A stretch of DNA of 64,000 bases from positions 271,131-335,130 of the forward strand of contig NMRA01000345.1 of the NCBI GenBank assembly GCA_002633005.1, in the 5' to 3' direction. The translations under genes were made by a program, and so were the position numbers. The stretch is from Phoronis australis (Eukaryota; Animalia; Phoronida). Shown in pieces: positions 23,209 through 35,202 of this stretch (its first letter is position 1; each line of letters starts with the position of its first letter). A model generated the notes under the pieces. It saw nothing but the letters and a program-made list of their open reading frames with translations, was not told the origin of the DNA and made no database searches.

Positions 23209-24420
23209 CCGCATTCACCCTCAAATAAGCACCCCTCACGCATTTTCAGACTTCGCTGAAATAAGCTCCCAGCCCATGAACGTGTGCATGACTCAACTAC
23301 AGTTCTAAAATTGTACAATAACATCTTCAATTTATCAATAAGGTCTGACAGTTCTGAAGAAACAGCTGTAGTGTTCTTGTCAAAAGAATAACATTATTGT
23401 ACAGATCTTGTGCAGAATCCAAATTTCTTTGTACACGCAAAAATCATGAATCAAAGACTACTAAAAACTTCACCAGTGTTAAAAGCATGTGGCCAGGAAG
23501 CGCGCGCTTCATACAGGTACCTATCATTGAAGACATTAGCTTTCGGAAACTGTCTATTCATGAAACGGGTACCATAGTATCGGCAAGAAATAAATATTGG
23601 TAGTAAATTCCCAAATTTTCTAATACCCTAATAAATTTGCGTTATTTTTAAGAGGAATTATTTAATTAATCATAATTAGTGTTTTTAAAGTCAAAATGCA
23701 ATCATAGTGAAAACTTCCGCACTCTTATATCCGGAATCTCCCAGAAAGTAACTGTTAGACTGTAACGCATGGAGTCACCTGGTGACAACAGTTTATATCG
23801 GCCTTACCGAGACAATTCTCGAACATTTTTTAGCAGATGAGACCAGCAAGTGCTAAATAAAACACGTTCTGCTTTACTACTTGTCTTAATTTCTGTAGCT
23901 ACAATGCGTTAACTCTGATGACACGCACGCGCTGGCGCACTCACACACACACACACACACTGGCGCACTCACACACGCGCGCAGACAAACTTCAAAACAA
24001 AATTCACGTGACAACAAGCTGTGTTCATCCAGAGATTTTTCTTATGCTGCCGAGCAGGATCTAGCGTAAGTTTGAACTAAATATAAAATCAATCCGGACT
24101 TCACAGGAACTCAAAAATCTTAGGGACGCTATTTGGAAAACTAGGATTTCGGGTAATTAAGTTGAGTTGAAACTATTTTTATTCACAAATTCAAGTTGCC
24201 CTATCGACGATTGCAAGGCAGCGACGCAGCAGTCGAATAATTTTCGCCTTGGGGTTTCTGCACAATTTTCTGAAAAATGATCGTAATTAAACTACGAAGT
24301 TTGATACACCACAATTTTGTAGAAAGTCTGCCATAGTTTGCAGATACGTCTGCCATAGTTTACAGATACGTCACAGAGCGTAAATTTCATGAATCCTAGC
24401 TTCCAATTTCACCGGTTTCA
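23209..24420 (-). mobile_element. Older diverged Tc2-like MITE copy, inverted and truncated
   Basis: Reverse-complement similarity to 24900-26186, starting TA|CCGCATTCACC. Confidence 0.7.
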
Positions 24421-24801
24421 GTCACTCTCTGCTGCGATAGTAGCAGAGTTAATTGTATGGGAATGGGCCTACTGAAAACTCAAAATAAATGAAGCATTGG
24501 ATATTTTTAACTATTTTTGGTCACAAATGGGGCAATGAACTCTTTGATGGTATGCTTATTGTGCTTTAGTTATTAATCAGTTGCAAACAGTCACTTGCAT
24601 GGTGATATCAAAACCCAAAATTATACATGTTATGTCCATTGGCTAGGTTTTCCTTGTTTGCCATGTAAAAACAATGACATGACTTCTGTTTCAAGTTGTC
24701 AGCAACAGTGAATCCCTTTATGCCTTCAACATATAATTTTGAAAAGAAATAAGAAAGGTATATAAATTCTTCAAGACATTGCATCAATTAAATTAGATGT
24801 A

Positions 24802-26186
24802 CCGTATTCGCCGTAATAACCGCCCAGGGCGCTTAGAAAAGTTCGGTTCAGGGGGCGCTTATTATAACCCAAGGCGGTTGAAACCCGGTCTCCGAAACGG
24901 GTGAAATCGGAAGCTAAGATTCATCAAATTTACGCTCTGTGACGCATGTAATCTATGAAAGACTTTCAACAAAACTGTGGTGCATTGCTATCAAACTTTG
25001 CTGCTAAATTACGATCATTTTACAGAAAATTGTGCTGAAATCCCAGGGCGAAAACTCGCCAACTGACTGCTTCGAAATCGCCGTCTTCGATATGGCGACT
25101 TCAATGCTTGAATAAAAATGGTTTCGATAAAGTACCTGAAATCCTCATTAAATTTTATAAGTAGCGTCTCTAAGGTTTTTAAGTTCCCGTGGAGTCTGGA
25201 TTAACGGCAGGTTTAAGTATAAATCTGTGCAACATCGTGCCATCTACATGTATGATCGGCAACACGGCGAGAAAAATGTCTGGACGAACACACATGTTGT
25301 TGTCACGTGACGTTTGTTTTGAAGTTCGTCTGCGAGTAAGCGAGCGCGTGCGTGTCACCAGAGTTCATTTGCCAAAGCAGAGACGGTCTTTCGGCCAGAG
25401 TCACGCAATCTAACTAGCTAGATGTGTCTAAAGAAATTTGCACAAGCAGTAAGGCCTAAACCAGAGCGTGTTTCATTCAGCACTTGCCGGTCTCGTGCTA
25501 AAAACTTCCGACATTTGTCTCGGCAAGGCCCACATTAGTCGCCGTGTAGCTGGATGCGTACGTAACTATCTGACAGTTATTTTTCGGTGTAAGGGTGTGT
25601 AAGCATTCAGTGTCAGTTGTCATTTTATCGGATATTCGGCTTAATAACACCAATTACGGTTAATCAAACAATCCATCTCAAAAATAACGCAAACATGTTG
25701 ATAGTATTAGAAATTGTCGGAAATTAGTTCCAATATTCATTTCTTATCGATGCTATGCTACCCGCTTCATGAATGGATAGTTCCCAACTAATGTCTTTGA
25801 TGACAGGTTATGTAGCGCGCGCTTCCTGGCCACGTGCGTTTAACACCGAGTTATTTTTATTCATGAGACGGTCGATGTGTCTACCGAAAGGTCAGACCAT
25901 GGGACACGGTCGTCGCGAGAGCGTAGCAACGCTGTTGCGTTCTTTTTGAAGCGCTGCGTTACTTTGTCACGGCTAAATACAATCGTAGCAGTGCCGCTGA
26001 TGGTCTAGAAGACCCGTGCAAAAATTTTTTGATAAATTTAAGACGTTACTGTAGCCGAGTTTTAGAACTGTAGGTACGTCATTGTTCGCATGTACATGTT
26101 CATGGACTGGGCGCTTATTTCAGCAAAGTCTGAAAACGCGTGGGGGGCGCTTATAGGGGCATGGGCGGTTATTACGGCGAATACGG
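24802..26186 (+). mobile_element. Tc1/mariner (Tc2/pogo-like) MITE, copy A
   Basis: Perfect TIR CCGTATTCGCCGTAATAACCGCCCA, TA TSDs and subterminal GGGCGCTTA motifs. Confidence 0.92.
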
Positions 26187-26188
26187 TA

Positions 26189-27938
26189 TGTGTAAGGGAC
26201 ACACTTGGCTGTCATGGGAACAGGAAGAATTCCTTAAAGAACCTTCTCTGAGAAAGTTGGTTAGCATCCAGTCACTTGATGAAATTGGGCTGTTGTGAGT
26301 AACTTCTGCCACCTGGTTCTTTTCTGTCTCTACCTGTCTGACAGCACTTGAATAATTTGGTGGTGCCCACATACCCTTATTCAGCATAAATGCTTGTCTG
26401 TTGGTGTGACTGTGATTTCGTCCACGTCCACGATCTGGCCTCTTGTAAGGGTGGTACCTGTACTTGTCTCTTGAATTACCTGCGCCTTTGCTGTGTAGAT
26501 TTTTGCCTTGTGCATGTCGAAAACCTTAAACAGGAATGAAATTCAAATCAAGATGGTGATGATGAAGTGATGGCTGATATTCACGTAGTTGCCAACGGTC
26601 CGTTATTGGCAGGATTAAACTCCCACTTTTTGGAACTTTTTCCCATATGTGTCTTGACAGCATCTGAATGTCCTGCTTTTTGACGGAATGCAATGAAATA
26701 ATTGTCTTTCTCTGACATTTACACTGAGTTATAGGATGAAATGTCAAAAGTAAGAGTTTGATGGCATTTTTTACAACATCACTAAAAACGGTAATTTGAG
26801 TTGATCTTGACAATGGTCAGTTTTGAAATGGTCACTGGTTTTTATCAGTTTATAAAACTAAAAAAGATTTACATTTAGAATAAACAAGACGAACCTAGCT
26901 CTAAGGAATTTCTACTGTCAATGCAATTGTCTTTAAACATGTGACAAATTACTATGAGATTCTTGTCATGAAAAAATCCTACGTTCTCAACATCACCGGT
27001 CAAGATTGGGCATCTTGACCAGTTTGTGTACCTCAGAATCTGCTGCACTGTTCAAAGACACGATGCTGCTGTAGCTCTTTGTATCGCCTCAGGCTGGTGA
27101 TGTTACCGTTCTCTAATCAGACCCATCATAAACGCACAACGACAAAAGTGTTCTTGGTTTCAAATACATGTGATTAGGTCTTTTGAATTTTTGAGATTGG
27201 CCAAGAATTATAGCTTTTACAACCTAAAACATTTGCATAATGTTGCCATATTATGCATGTCATTAATTCTGCTGGATGTGCTACGTGATTGGGCCAATTT
27301 GCAAACCACCAGGCTGTTGTTGAATTCTGATGCAAAGAAGTGTCGTGCAATTTGCAAACCACTAGGCTGTTGGATTCTGATGCAAAGAAGTATCATCGTG
27401 CAATTTGCAAACCACTAGGCTGTTGTTGGATTCTGATGCAAAGAAGTATCATCGTGCAATTTTTTACATGGCTGTATTCTTTAAGTTGTGACAAGGAAGT
27501 CCTCTCTTCTGCCATATTTTTAATAATGCAACTTACTATAATTTGTTGATAAAGCAATGGGTCCCTGTGGGAAATCATTGGGTCCCTGTGCTAAGGCACT
27601 GGGTCCCTGTTGGAAACCAACTGGATCTGAAATACGACACAACAATTAGTGACACTTGTGCAATAATACTTGTTGACAGACAATTGAAATTTCAGTTGTT
27701 TAACTTACAGTTTTACGAAAATTACTTCCTAAAAAGCTTTACTTTGTTAACATTGTTGTCTGCACAATTCAGACGCCACCAAAACAAATTTTGGTAAAAT
27801 TTTGAGCCTTTGAGCAGAGTAAGCCTTTGGAAAAAGTAGAATGAGAGCATTGTAGAAAAACATTGATATGCACTCACCTTGCGCATTGCAAGTGATAGAG
27901 TTATAAAGTGTGCTCATTTTTGCATCGGTCTCAGATTC
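26189..27938 (-). CDS. Putative two-exon orphan gene fragment (27938-27878 and 26524-26189), 3' end interrupted by MITE A
   Basis: Phase-1 donor CAAG|gtgagt joins acceptor tttaag|GT. The spliced frame MSTLYNSITCNAQGFRHAQ..KYRYHPYKRPDRGRGR..DWMLTNFLREG is open. Confidence 0.4.
27295..27461. repeat. Minisatellite, ~52-56-bp unit x3
   Basis: The unit CAATTTGCAAACCACTAGGCTGTTG..ATTCTGATGCAAAGAAGT..CGTG is repeated. Confidence 0.9.
27558..27612. repeat. TGGGTCCCTGT x3 at 21-bp period, probably a transposon subterminal array
   Basis: Direct repeats seen in the sequence. Confidence 0.7.
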
Positions 27939-29120
27939 CTTTAAAAGTCAACATCAGATGTGCTATCATTCGGAATACATTGACCAAATTTAAAGGTTTC
28001 CCATTATAGAACAATATCCACTTGGGTTTGCTTCAGAAATGCGATTTATTAAAAATCAAACACCTATTGTGGTTTCTTCATTGGGAGCATGTATGCCAAT
28101 TTTCATGAAGTTACATACCCTATTCGCCGTAATAACTGCCCAGGGCGCTTAGAAAAGTTCGGTTCAGGGGGCGCTTATTATAACCCAAGGCGGTTGAAAC
28201 CCAGTCTCCGAAATGGGTAAATCGTAAGCTAAGATTCATCAAATTTATGCTCTGTGACGTATATGTAATCTATGAAAGACTTTCAACAAAACTGTGGTGC
28301 ATTGCTATCAAACTTTGCTGCTAAATTACAATCATTTACAGAAAATTGTGCTGAAATCTGAGGGCAAAAATTTGCCGACTGACTGCCTCCAAATCGCCAT
28401 CTTCGATATGGCGACTTCAATGCTTAAATAAAAATGGTTTCGACTCAAGCAAATTACCTGAAATCATCGTTAAGTTTTATAAGTAGCGTCTCTAAGATTT
28501 TTTTAGTTTCCGTGGAGTCTCGATTAACGGCAGGTTTAAGTACAAATCTGCAAGATCGTGCCATATTCATGTATGATCGGCAACACGGCGAGAAAAATGT
28601 CTGGATGAACACACATGTTGTTGTCACGTGACGTTTATTTTGAAGTTCGTCTGCAAGTAAGCAAGCGCGTGCGTGTCACCAGAGTTCATTTGCCAAAGCA
28701 GAGACCGTCTTTTGGCCAGTCACGCAATCTAACTAGCTAGATGTGTCTAAAGAAATTTGCACAAGCAGTAGGCCTAAACCAGAGCGTGTTTCATTTAGCA
28801 CTTGCCGGTCTCGTGCTAAAAACTTTCAACATTTGTCTCAGTAAGGCCCATATTAGTCGCCGTGTAGCTGGATGCGTACGTACATGTAACTATCTGAGTA
28901 TCTGACAGTTATTTTTCGGTGTAAGTGGGTGCAAGCATTCACCGTCAGTTGTCATTTTATTGGATATTCGGCTTAAAAACACCAATTGTGGTTAATCAAA
29001 CAATCCATCTCAAAAATAACGCAAACATATATATAGATTATTACATGGCGAAGTCGTTATCCCATATTATCTAGAGCCCGAGTGGATTTTGGAGAACTAT
29101 CGCCCTAGGGGCGTTAGCCC

Positions 29121-29201
29121 NNNNNNNNNNNNNNNNNNNNNNNNNNNNNNNNNNNNNNNNNNNNNNNNNNNNNNNNNNNNNNNNNNNNNNNNNNNNNNNN
29201 N
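29121..29201. other. Assembly gap starting at the hairpin apex
   Basis: Run of N. Confidence 1.
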
Positions 29202-29531
29202 ACCAATTGAAAACTTAAATATTATAGAAATAAATTGAATTTATAAATTAAGGTTTACCAACTATTATAGCTTAAAACACGTTTTTTTCACGCTAAGCTT
29301 CGACCGGGAAATTATCGTCTGCTAAAGTAGGTTACCACTGGTAACTGAATATAATTCTCAAGTCAAAGATCCTGACGACAAGTTATCCGCATTCAAACTA
29401 GAGATCAGTGATTTACAAGTAAGAGGACATGACAGAAAAATTTCACCGAATTAAGTACAATGCAGTTTGTTGAACATGGGATTATTGCGCGTGCTCATTT
29501 AAGTATTCTATTTTCACTCTTGATGACGTCA

Positions 29532-29605
29532 GTCGCTACGTGGTGTAGTGGTAAAGTCGGCGACCAGCAATTTCAGGATCCCGGGTTCGACTCCGTCCTC
29601 GGTTT
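29532..29605 (+). pseudogene. tRNA-derived sequence (Pol III A/B boxes; SINE head or pseudo-tRNA)
   Basis: A box TGGTGTAGTGG at 29541-29551 and B box GGTTCGACTCC at 29584-29594. The acceptor and anticodon stems pair poorly. Confidence 0.6.
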
Positions 29606-32600
29606 CCCGCCAAATCGTTATCTCACTAGTGAGATAACTTTATGGGTTATTACGCGGTTGTATTTGCCATTTGACGCTAATAATGTGGTATAATTTATAG
29701 TACTAGAAATTGTTGGAAATAAGTGCCAATATTCATTTCTTATCGATCCTATGCTACCCGTTTCATGAATGGATAGTTCCCGACTAATGTCTTTGATGAC
29801 TGGTTAATGTATGTAGCGCGAGTTTCCTGGCCACGTGCGTTTAACTCCGAGTTATTTTTATTCACGAGACAGTTGATGTGTCTACTGAAAGGTTAGACCA
29901 TAGTGGGACATGGTCGTCGCGAGAGCGTAGCAATGCTGTTGCGTTCTTTTTGAAGCGCTGCGTTACTTTGAAGTGTAAAGTCACGGCTAAATACAAACGT
30001 AGCAGTGCCACTGGTGGTCTAGAAGACCCGTGCAAATTTTTTTTTGATAAATTGAAGACGTTACTGTAGCGAGTTTAAGGACTGTAGGTACGTCATTGTT
30101 CGCATGTATGCGTTTATGGACTGGGCGCTTATTTCAGCAAAGTCTGAAAATGCGTGGGGGGCACTTATAGGGGCATGGACGGTTATTACGGCGAATACGG
30201 TATTATACTAATTGTCATATTAGAAGTGAGCTCAGCGGTAATGTCCGGTGCATCTAAAAATAAAACTCTACCTGAGTAACTCTCCTGAGCAACATATATG
30301 CCAAACTTTGCCAAGGGCATCTCGACACTTGCACAAAAAACAATCAGATTGACACTATGGGATTTGATATGAGTCAATACGCGGCAGCCGACTGCTCTCC
30401 TCATATAATGACAAATTTCATTAAGTTCCATCTAAGAAGTTGGATGATGCATGCTTAGACATGTGAAGATTTGTGAAGTTGTCACTAAGGAACACCATTA
30501 TAAATTTCTAAAAATGAATGACATCTATGCTCCTAACTTAAGGACTAAGTCCCTAATTCTTTTCATTGAATTTTGGGCTCAAATTTTAGGTACATTTATT
30601 AGAAAATGTCATTAGTCCAAGGGGAGATCACAATAACAATAAATTGACAGAAAAAGATTACATCTGTGTGTAGTCAAAGACACAAATAGGGCAAAAGATT
30701 TAGGGAGCTTACTAGTTGGGACTGTTTCATGCAACTGGGCACAGTATTCCATTATAGGAACACACACCAAATTTCATGAACTTCTGTCAAGCAATTATGC
30801 AGCTTATGATTTACAGGCAAATACAATTAAACTGACACGGTAGTTGGATTAAAAATTCAACGTAAGATGCACCCATAGGTATATTGACACATTATGAAGA
30901 TTGAAAGGAACTTCATAGATATTGAGATAGAGACAAAAAAACAAAAGCTCAGCGGGGGGGGGAGGGGATATAGTAGCCAGACCTATCTAGAAGTGAAACT
31001 AAGCTGTGCTTAGTCTCCTCAACATTCCAGACTTGGGTATTCTAGCCCAGAGGGGGTAATAAAGTAATTACCTTTTCAGCCAGTATAGTAAATCCTTTGC
31101 TAAGCAGTGTTTACTTAGCACACAGGTCAAGTGGGTCAGGTGCATGACCAAGCCCAAAATGAATTTGGTGACATCTGCCTAATTTTATCTGAAGGCTTCA
31201 CACTGTTTAGTAGATAAAGAAGTGGATGCAAAAAAGCTGACATCCACGCAAAGCTGTGCTCATGCGACAGTCACATAGATGGTTTTAGGTTCTCTTTTTA
31301 TGATTTTGATTTCAAAGAATCTGTTGTAAAGCTCAGTTACCAATGTAAAAGATGAATCAGCGCTATCTAACCAATGCATTTGAGTAGCAAAGTATGCAAC
31401 TGACCAAGGCTCTTAATCAAGCCTACCCGGCAACACTGCTTTATTTAGCAGTCTGTTACCATTCTCTTTTGATATGCATCTTAAGAGTGGTTACCATACG
31501 CTTAAGTTCCCACTCTTGAGTCGCTGGGGTTCACAATATATTGGCAGCAACGTGTGCGACTGATGACCAGTACTAAATGCTGTGCCATGCCACAGATACA
31601 AGCTAGGGCTTGAGAATTAAGTAACATGTCTTTGTTTGTTTCGGCACCAATTAATTACAACACATTTTATTCCCCAAGTGTTGTATTTAATTAAAACACT
31701 TTATACTCTTTAATATATGTAATTTTGGAATTCTGCTAGTGAAATCTGCATCCGTCACGGTGTGGTAAATTTTTATTGTGGCAAAGGCCTGCACGTCTTG
31801 TGTCTTTAAGATGACATTATCGCTTTGATATAGGTCAAACACCACCTAAAGTTCTTTGACGCTAACTGGAGCTTCTGGTGTGGTCGTGCAATAGTGATTA
31901 GTGTCGTTAGTAAATGTCAGGAGTAAAATAAGAAATAACATGCTTTTGTTGACCAACAATACACATATTTGACATTTTATTCCCATTTTAAGATTGCTCA
32001 GCCTGCACGTAATGAACGTCCTGTGGCAAGTAGTGGGATTGTCATTTTCACGTTGGTGTCTTTTGTGATAAAAACCATGATGCACATTTACACAGACCAT
32101 TACTTGAAGACGTTCTTTCAGTGTCGCCTGCTGGCACTTTGTGTACAAACAATGCCGATGAATATCGTTAGTGTTTATTCAGGACATGTTACATGAAAAA
32201 TAAATATGTATTTCCACCGCAGAATTTGTAAAGCTGAACTTTGCTTTTTTAGAATAGGTAGGAAACATCACTGTTGTATTGTGTTCTACATTGGTTCAAA
32301 TAATTCAATACTTGATTTGCTCTGAGTGAATCGATAGGGATTCACTGCTGTTCAGTTTGTTGGGTTCAAAGTACATAATAGCTTTGATTTGTAATTGAGT
32401 TCAGTTCACTTGTGCAAAAAGTTGTTCATGATTCTGACTTCTGACGTTCCGTGAGCAATGTTATAAATTTTTTACTCTCCCAACTGACGATCAGCTATAC
32501 TTGCTAATGTTTAGCGTGAAACTGCAGTCTCACAAGGATAATTAGTCAAAGCTGATTGGTCAAGAAAATGAATGAGTTTCAGATGGAGGCACGTGTATTT

Positions 32601-34231
32601 AACATGTCTAAAATGCACTTGGCTCATTTTATCGGGACTCGTGTTGTCATCCTCCATCATCAGCTTCAAAGGAGCACATCTGCCAAATTTCATGAAGTTC
32701 CTGCAATTCAGGAGAGCCAGCTGCAGATGACTTGACATTCTTAGACAGAGAAATATTGACAGCAAATTTTTGCACTGTCATGTGGACACTGAAAAGTATG
32801 AATACTGGCGAGCATTTTGGTTGAACTCGGTGGAAGAGTTTTTACTGTTGTTATTCAGAATTGTGTTTACTAAACTGGAATTAGAGACTTTGGTGCATTT
32901 TCATTTCTTGTGTGTTGATGGCTTATAATCTTGGGGCGAAGGAACTACAAATTCTTGAAAAAAAAATTTGTTTCTTTTGAAGAAATAGGCACGATATCCA
33001 TTGTTCTGTAACAGTTGCTATGTAGGGCCATTTAATGTTGTTGTCTTGGCTCTCCTGTGTTTGGGGACGGCATTCAAGTGGTTTCATTTTACTTCAGTGC
33101 AATCTTTTAATTCCACATTATTACTGCAAAGTTAACTGGTGTAGTTAACTTAGATCCAGGGCCAAAGTTAACTGTTCATAGTGATCGCAATTCCCCAAAA
33201 CATTGAGGTGTCATGTTAGTATGAAAGGGCCTAACCACTCCCTGCTAACTAGGGTAAACAAACATTTGTTTCTAAGAATTTTCCTGAGGCCAGTCATGCT
33301 CATTTTCAATAAATAACTCATATAACCTAACAGCAACATAACCTGAGATTCAACTGCAGATAACAAATATAGCCTAATTCATTTTTCAAGTCATGACTGG
33401 GTGGACTTGTGCCTCTCTGTCACAATTAAATTGAACAAAGTCTTTTCAAAGTCCTCGCAATGGCTACAGCTTGACCTACAAGATTCACTAAATGCCACTG
33501 TGAAAATAGATTCTGAATAAATAGTCATTTTTTACACTCACATAGGTTTTTAAGGTTGCTAATATGAGCTTAAGATTTTAATAAGTACATTGGTAACAAA
33601 ATCAGATTTAAACGCTTCTTTAATCATGTCAAAATCTTACCTTTCCTTCTCTCTAAAATTTTTTCCATGTTTACCAATGCTTCTGTCATTTATATAAAGG
33701 AATGAAGGCAAGTAGGTCACAAAACCCATTGCTTTTTTATTAATTATCCGCCCTTATCAAATTCAGTTGATAACTTTTTGCTATTAACATATCAGCAGAG
33801 GTAGATAAAAAGTGCCTTTATTTTAACCAATTGTCAGTGGTATATTATTTTTTTGCGTATCAAATTGAAAAATATTGGCTGGTGCGGGTATAGGTCCTTG
33901 AAACACATGTTTGGTCCATTGTTCATCGCTGCAGAATCTTTGTATAACATGTGCACACAGAGTTATTTTTATGACAATGAGTTACTGTGTTTGTACAATC
34001 CGAACTTGAAACTTTACTTTGACCTGATTGAATTGGTGACTTTGTACATATCGGGAGCAAATAGCTGTAAGCTAGCAACCGCCCATTTGTAGGTGTAGGG
34101 GAAAGTTACTGGTTTTCATACCACTTAAGGATGCGCCTCTCTGTACGCCAGGTTGAATACTTTGTCTTTGAATGTCTTTTTACCCATTTTCATTAAATTC
34201 ACAGTTCCACTATTTTTGTGATAGCATTTAA

Positions 34232-35202
34232 AGTGTACACAACATGACTCTAGTACCTCAAAATAAATTTTATTATCATATCTTACTAGATTTCAGTGCC
34301 TTTAGTGCACAGCTCATAAAGAACCATGCAAAAATTGAAAAAATAATAAGTATGTACAACGTCATGGGTTGAACCCAAGTCGTTCGCCATACTGTTCGGA
34401 TCAGAGACAAAGTGTATAGAGTGAAGAGAAAGCAAAGTACTTGACATTGAGCATCGAGAAGGTTCGTAGAGGGATCAAAAGATGTGTTTCCGGAGGCTGC
34501 AGCAACAGCAGCCAGGCGGAGAACTTCTCGGTGTTCCGAAGGACACCAAAGTTGCGAAAAAGAGGCATCGCTTCGTGCGCCGAACGACGGTGGGGCGTCA
34601 TCGTGGACCAAGCGATTCGGTCCAGGGCCACTCTGTGTTCTTCCCACTTTGAGGACTTGTGTTTCGACTCCAGTCACAGGAGACCTACGATGAAGGCCTG
34701 GTTCAATAAAGGACAATTATATGTATTTATCATTCAGAAACATCAGCTCTTAATTCAGGATTGTCTGTTGGATGACTGGGTTGACTCGCCGAGCCCGAGG
34801 CCGCTTCTCTCGCGGGAGGATCCAGTTCGTAAGGCTCAAAGTAGAAAAGTACGCAGCCGGAAGCACATTAAACTTGTTCTCGCTTTCGTGCAACCCTATT
34901 TCCTCATCCTGGCGACCATTCCCGTACGTTTCTTCATAGTATTCGTTCAATTCTTGCTCATAATCGTCGTCGCTTTCAAATTCCCTGCTCTCCGCCATTG
35001 TTCAATGCTAGCCACTGATCCCTTGTGTTCAACCCATGACATCACATGGCGGGAAATGTGAAAATTGGCAAAATTGAAAGAAAAATCAAAATTTCGAGCT
35101 AATTACACAAAATAAACATGGGTTTAGCTAAATTTTACGTCATACATTTAGTCTGTGGCCACCGGTAATTCAAAATGTGCAAAAATCCATGGTGTGTACT
35201 GT
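34232..35202. mobile_element. Kolobok deletion derivative with THAP (plus) and KolX-like (minus) remnants
   Basis: TTAA flanks and imperfect TIRs (GTACACAACATG / CATGGTGTGTAC). THAP motif RCVSGGCSN..LCSSHFEDLCF. Opposing acidic ORF with a frameshifted YFEP motif. Confidence 0.8.

Larger units (their letters stand above)
29033..29700 (+). mobile_element. Hairpin-ended Crypton-like element, copy 2, inserted in MITE B
   Basis: Absent from copy A (empty site near 25700) and bounded by TATAG direct repeats. Homologous to 1310-1886 in inverse orientation. Confidence 0.7.
28118..30200 (+). mobile_element. Tc2-like MITE copy B with a nested insertion
   Basis: Colinear with copy A, with TA TSDs and the same TIRs. 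Extra sequence at about 29033-29700. Confidence 0.92.

Noticed and set aside
22424-27612. Short repeat arrays as possible CRISPR
   Set aside because: They are tandem units without unique spacers, there are no cas genes, and the context is eukaryotic.
29532-29605. Functional tRNA gene
   Set aside because: The acceptor and anticodon stems do not pair and the sequence lies inside a repeat. It is kept only as tRNA-derived.
31800-33060. Coding-like minus-strand stretches
   Set aside because: Multiple stops and no recognisable domain.
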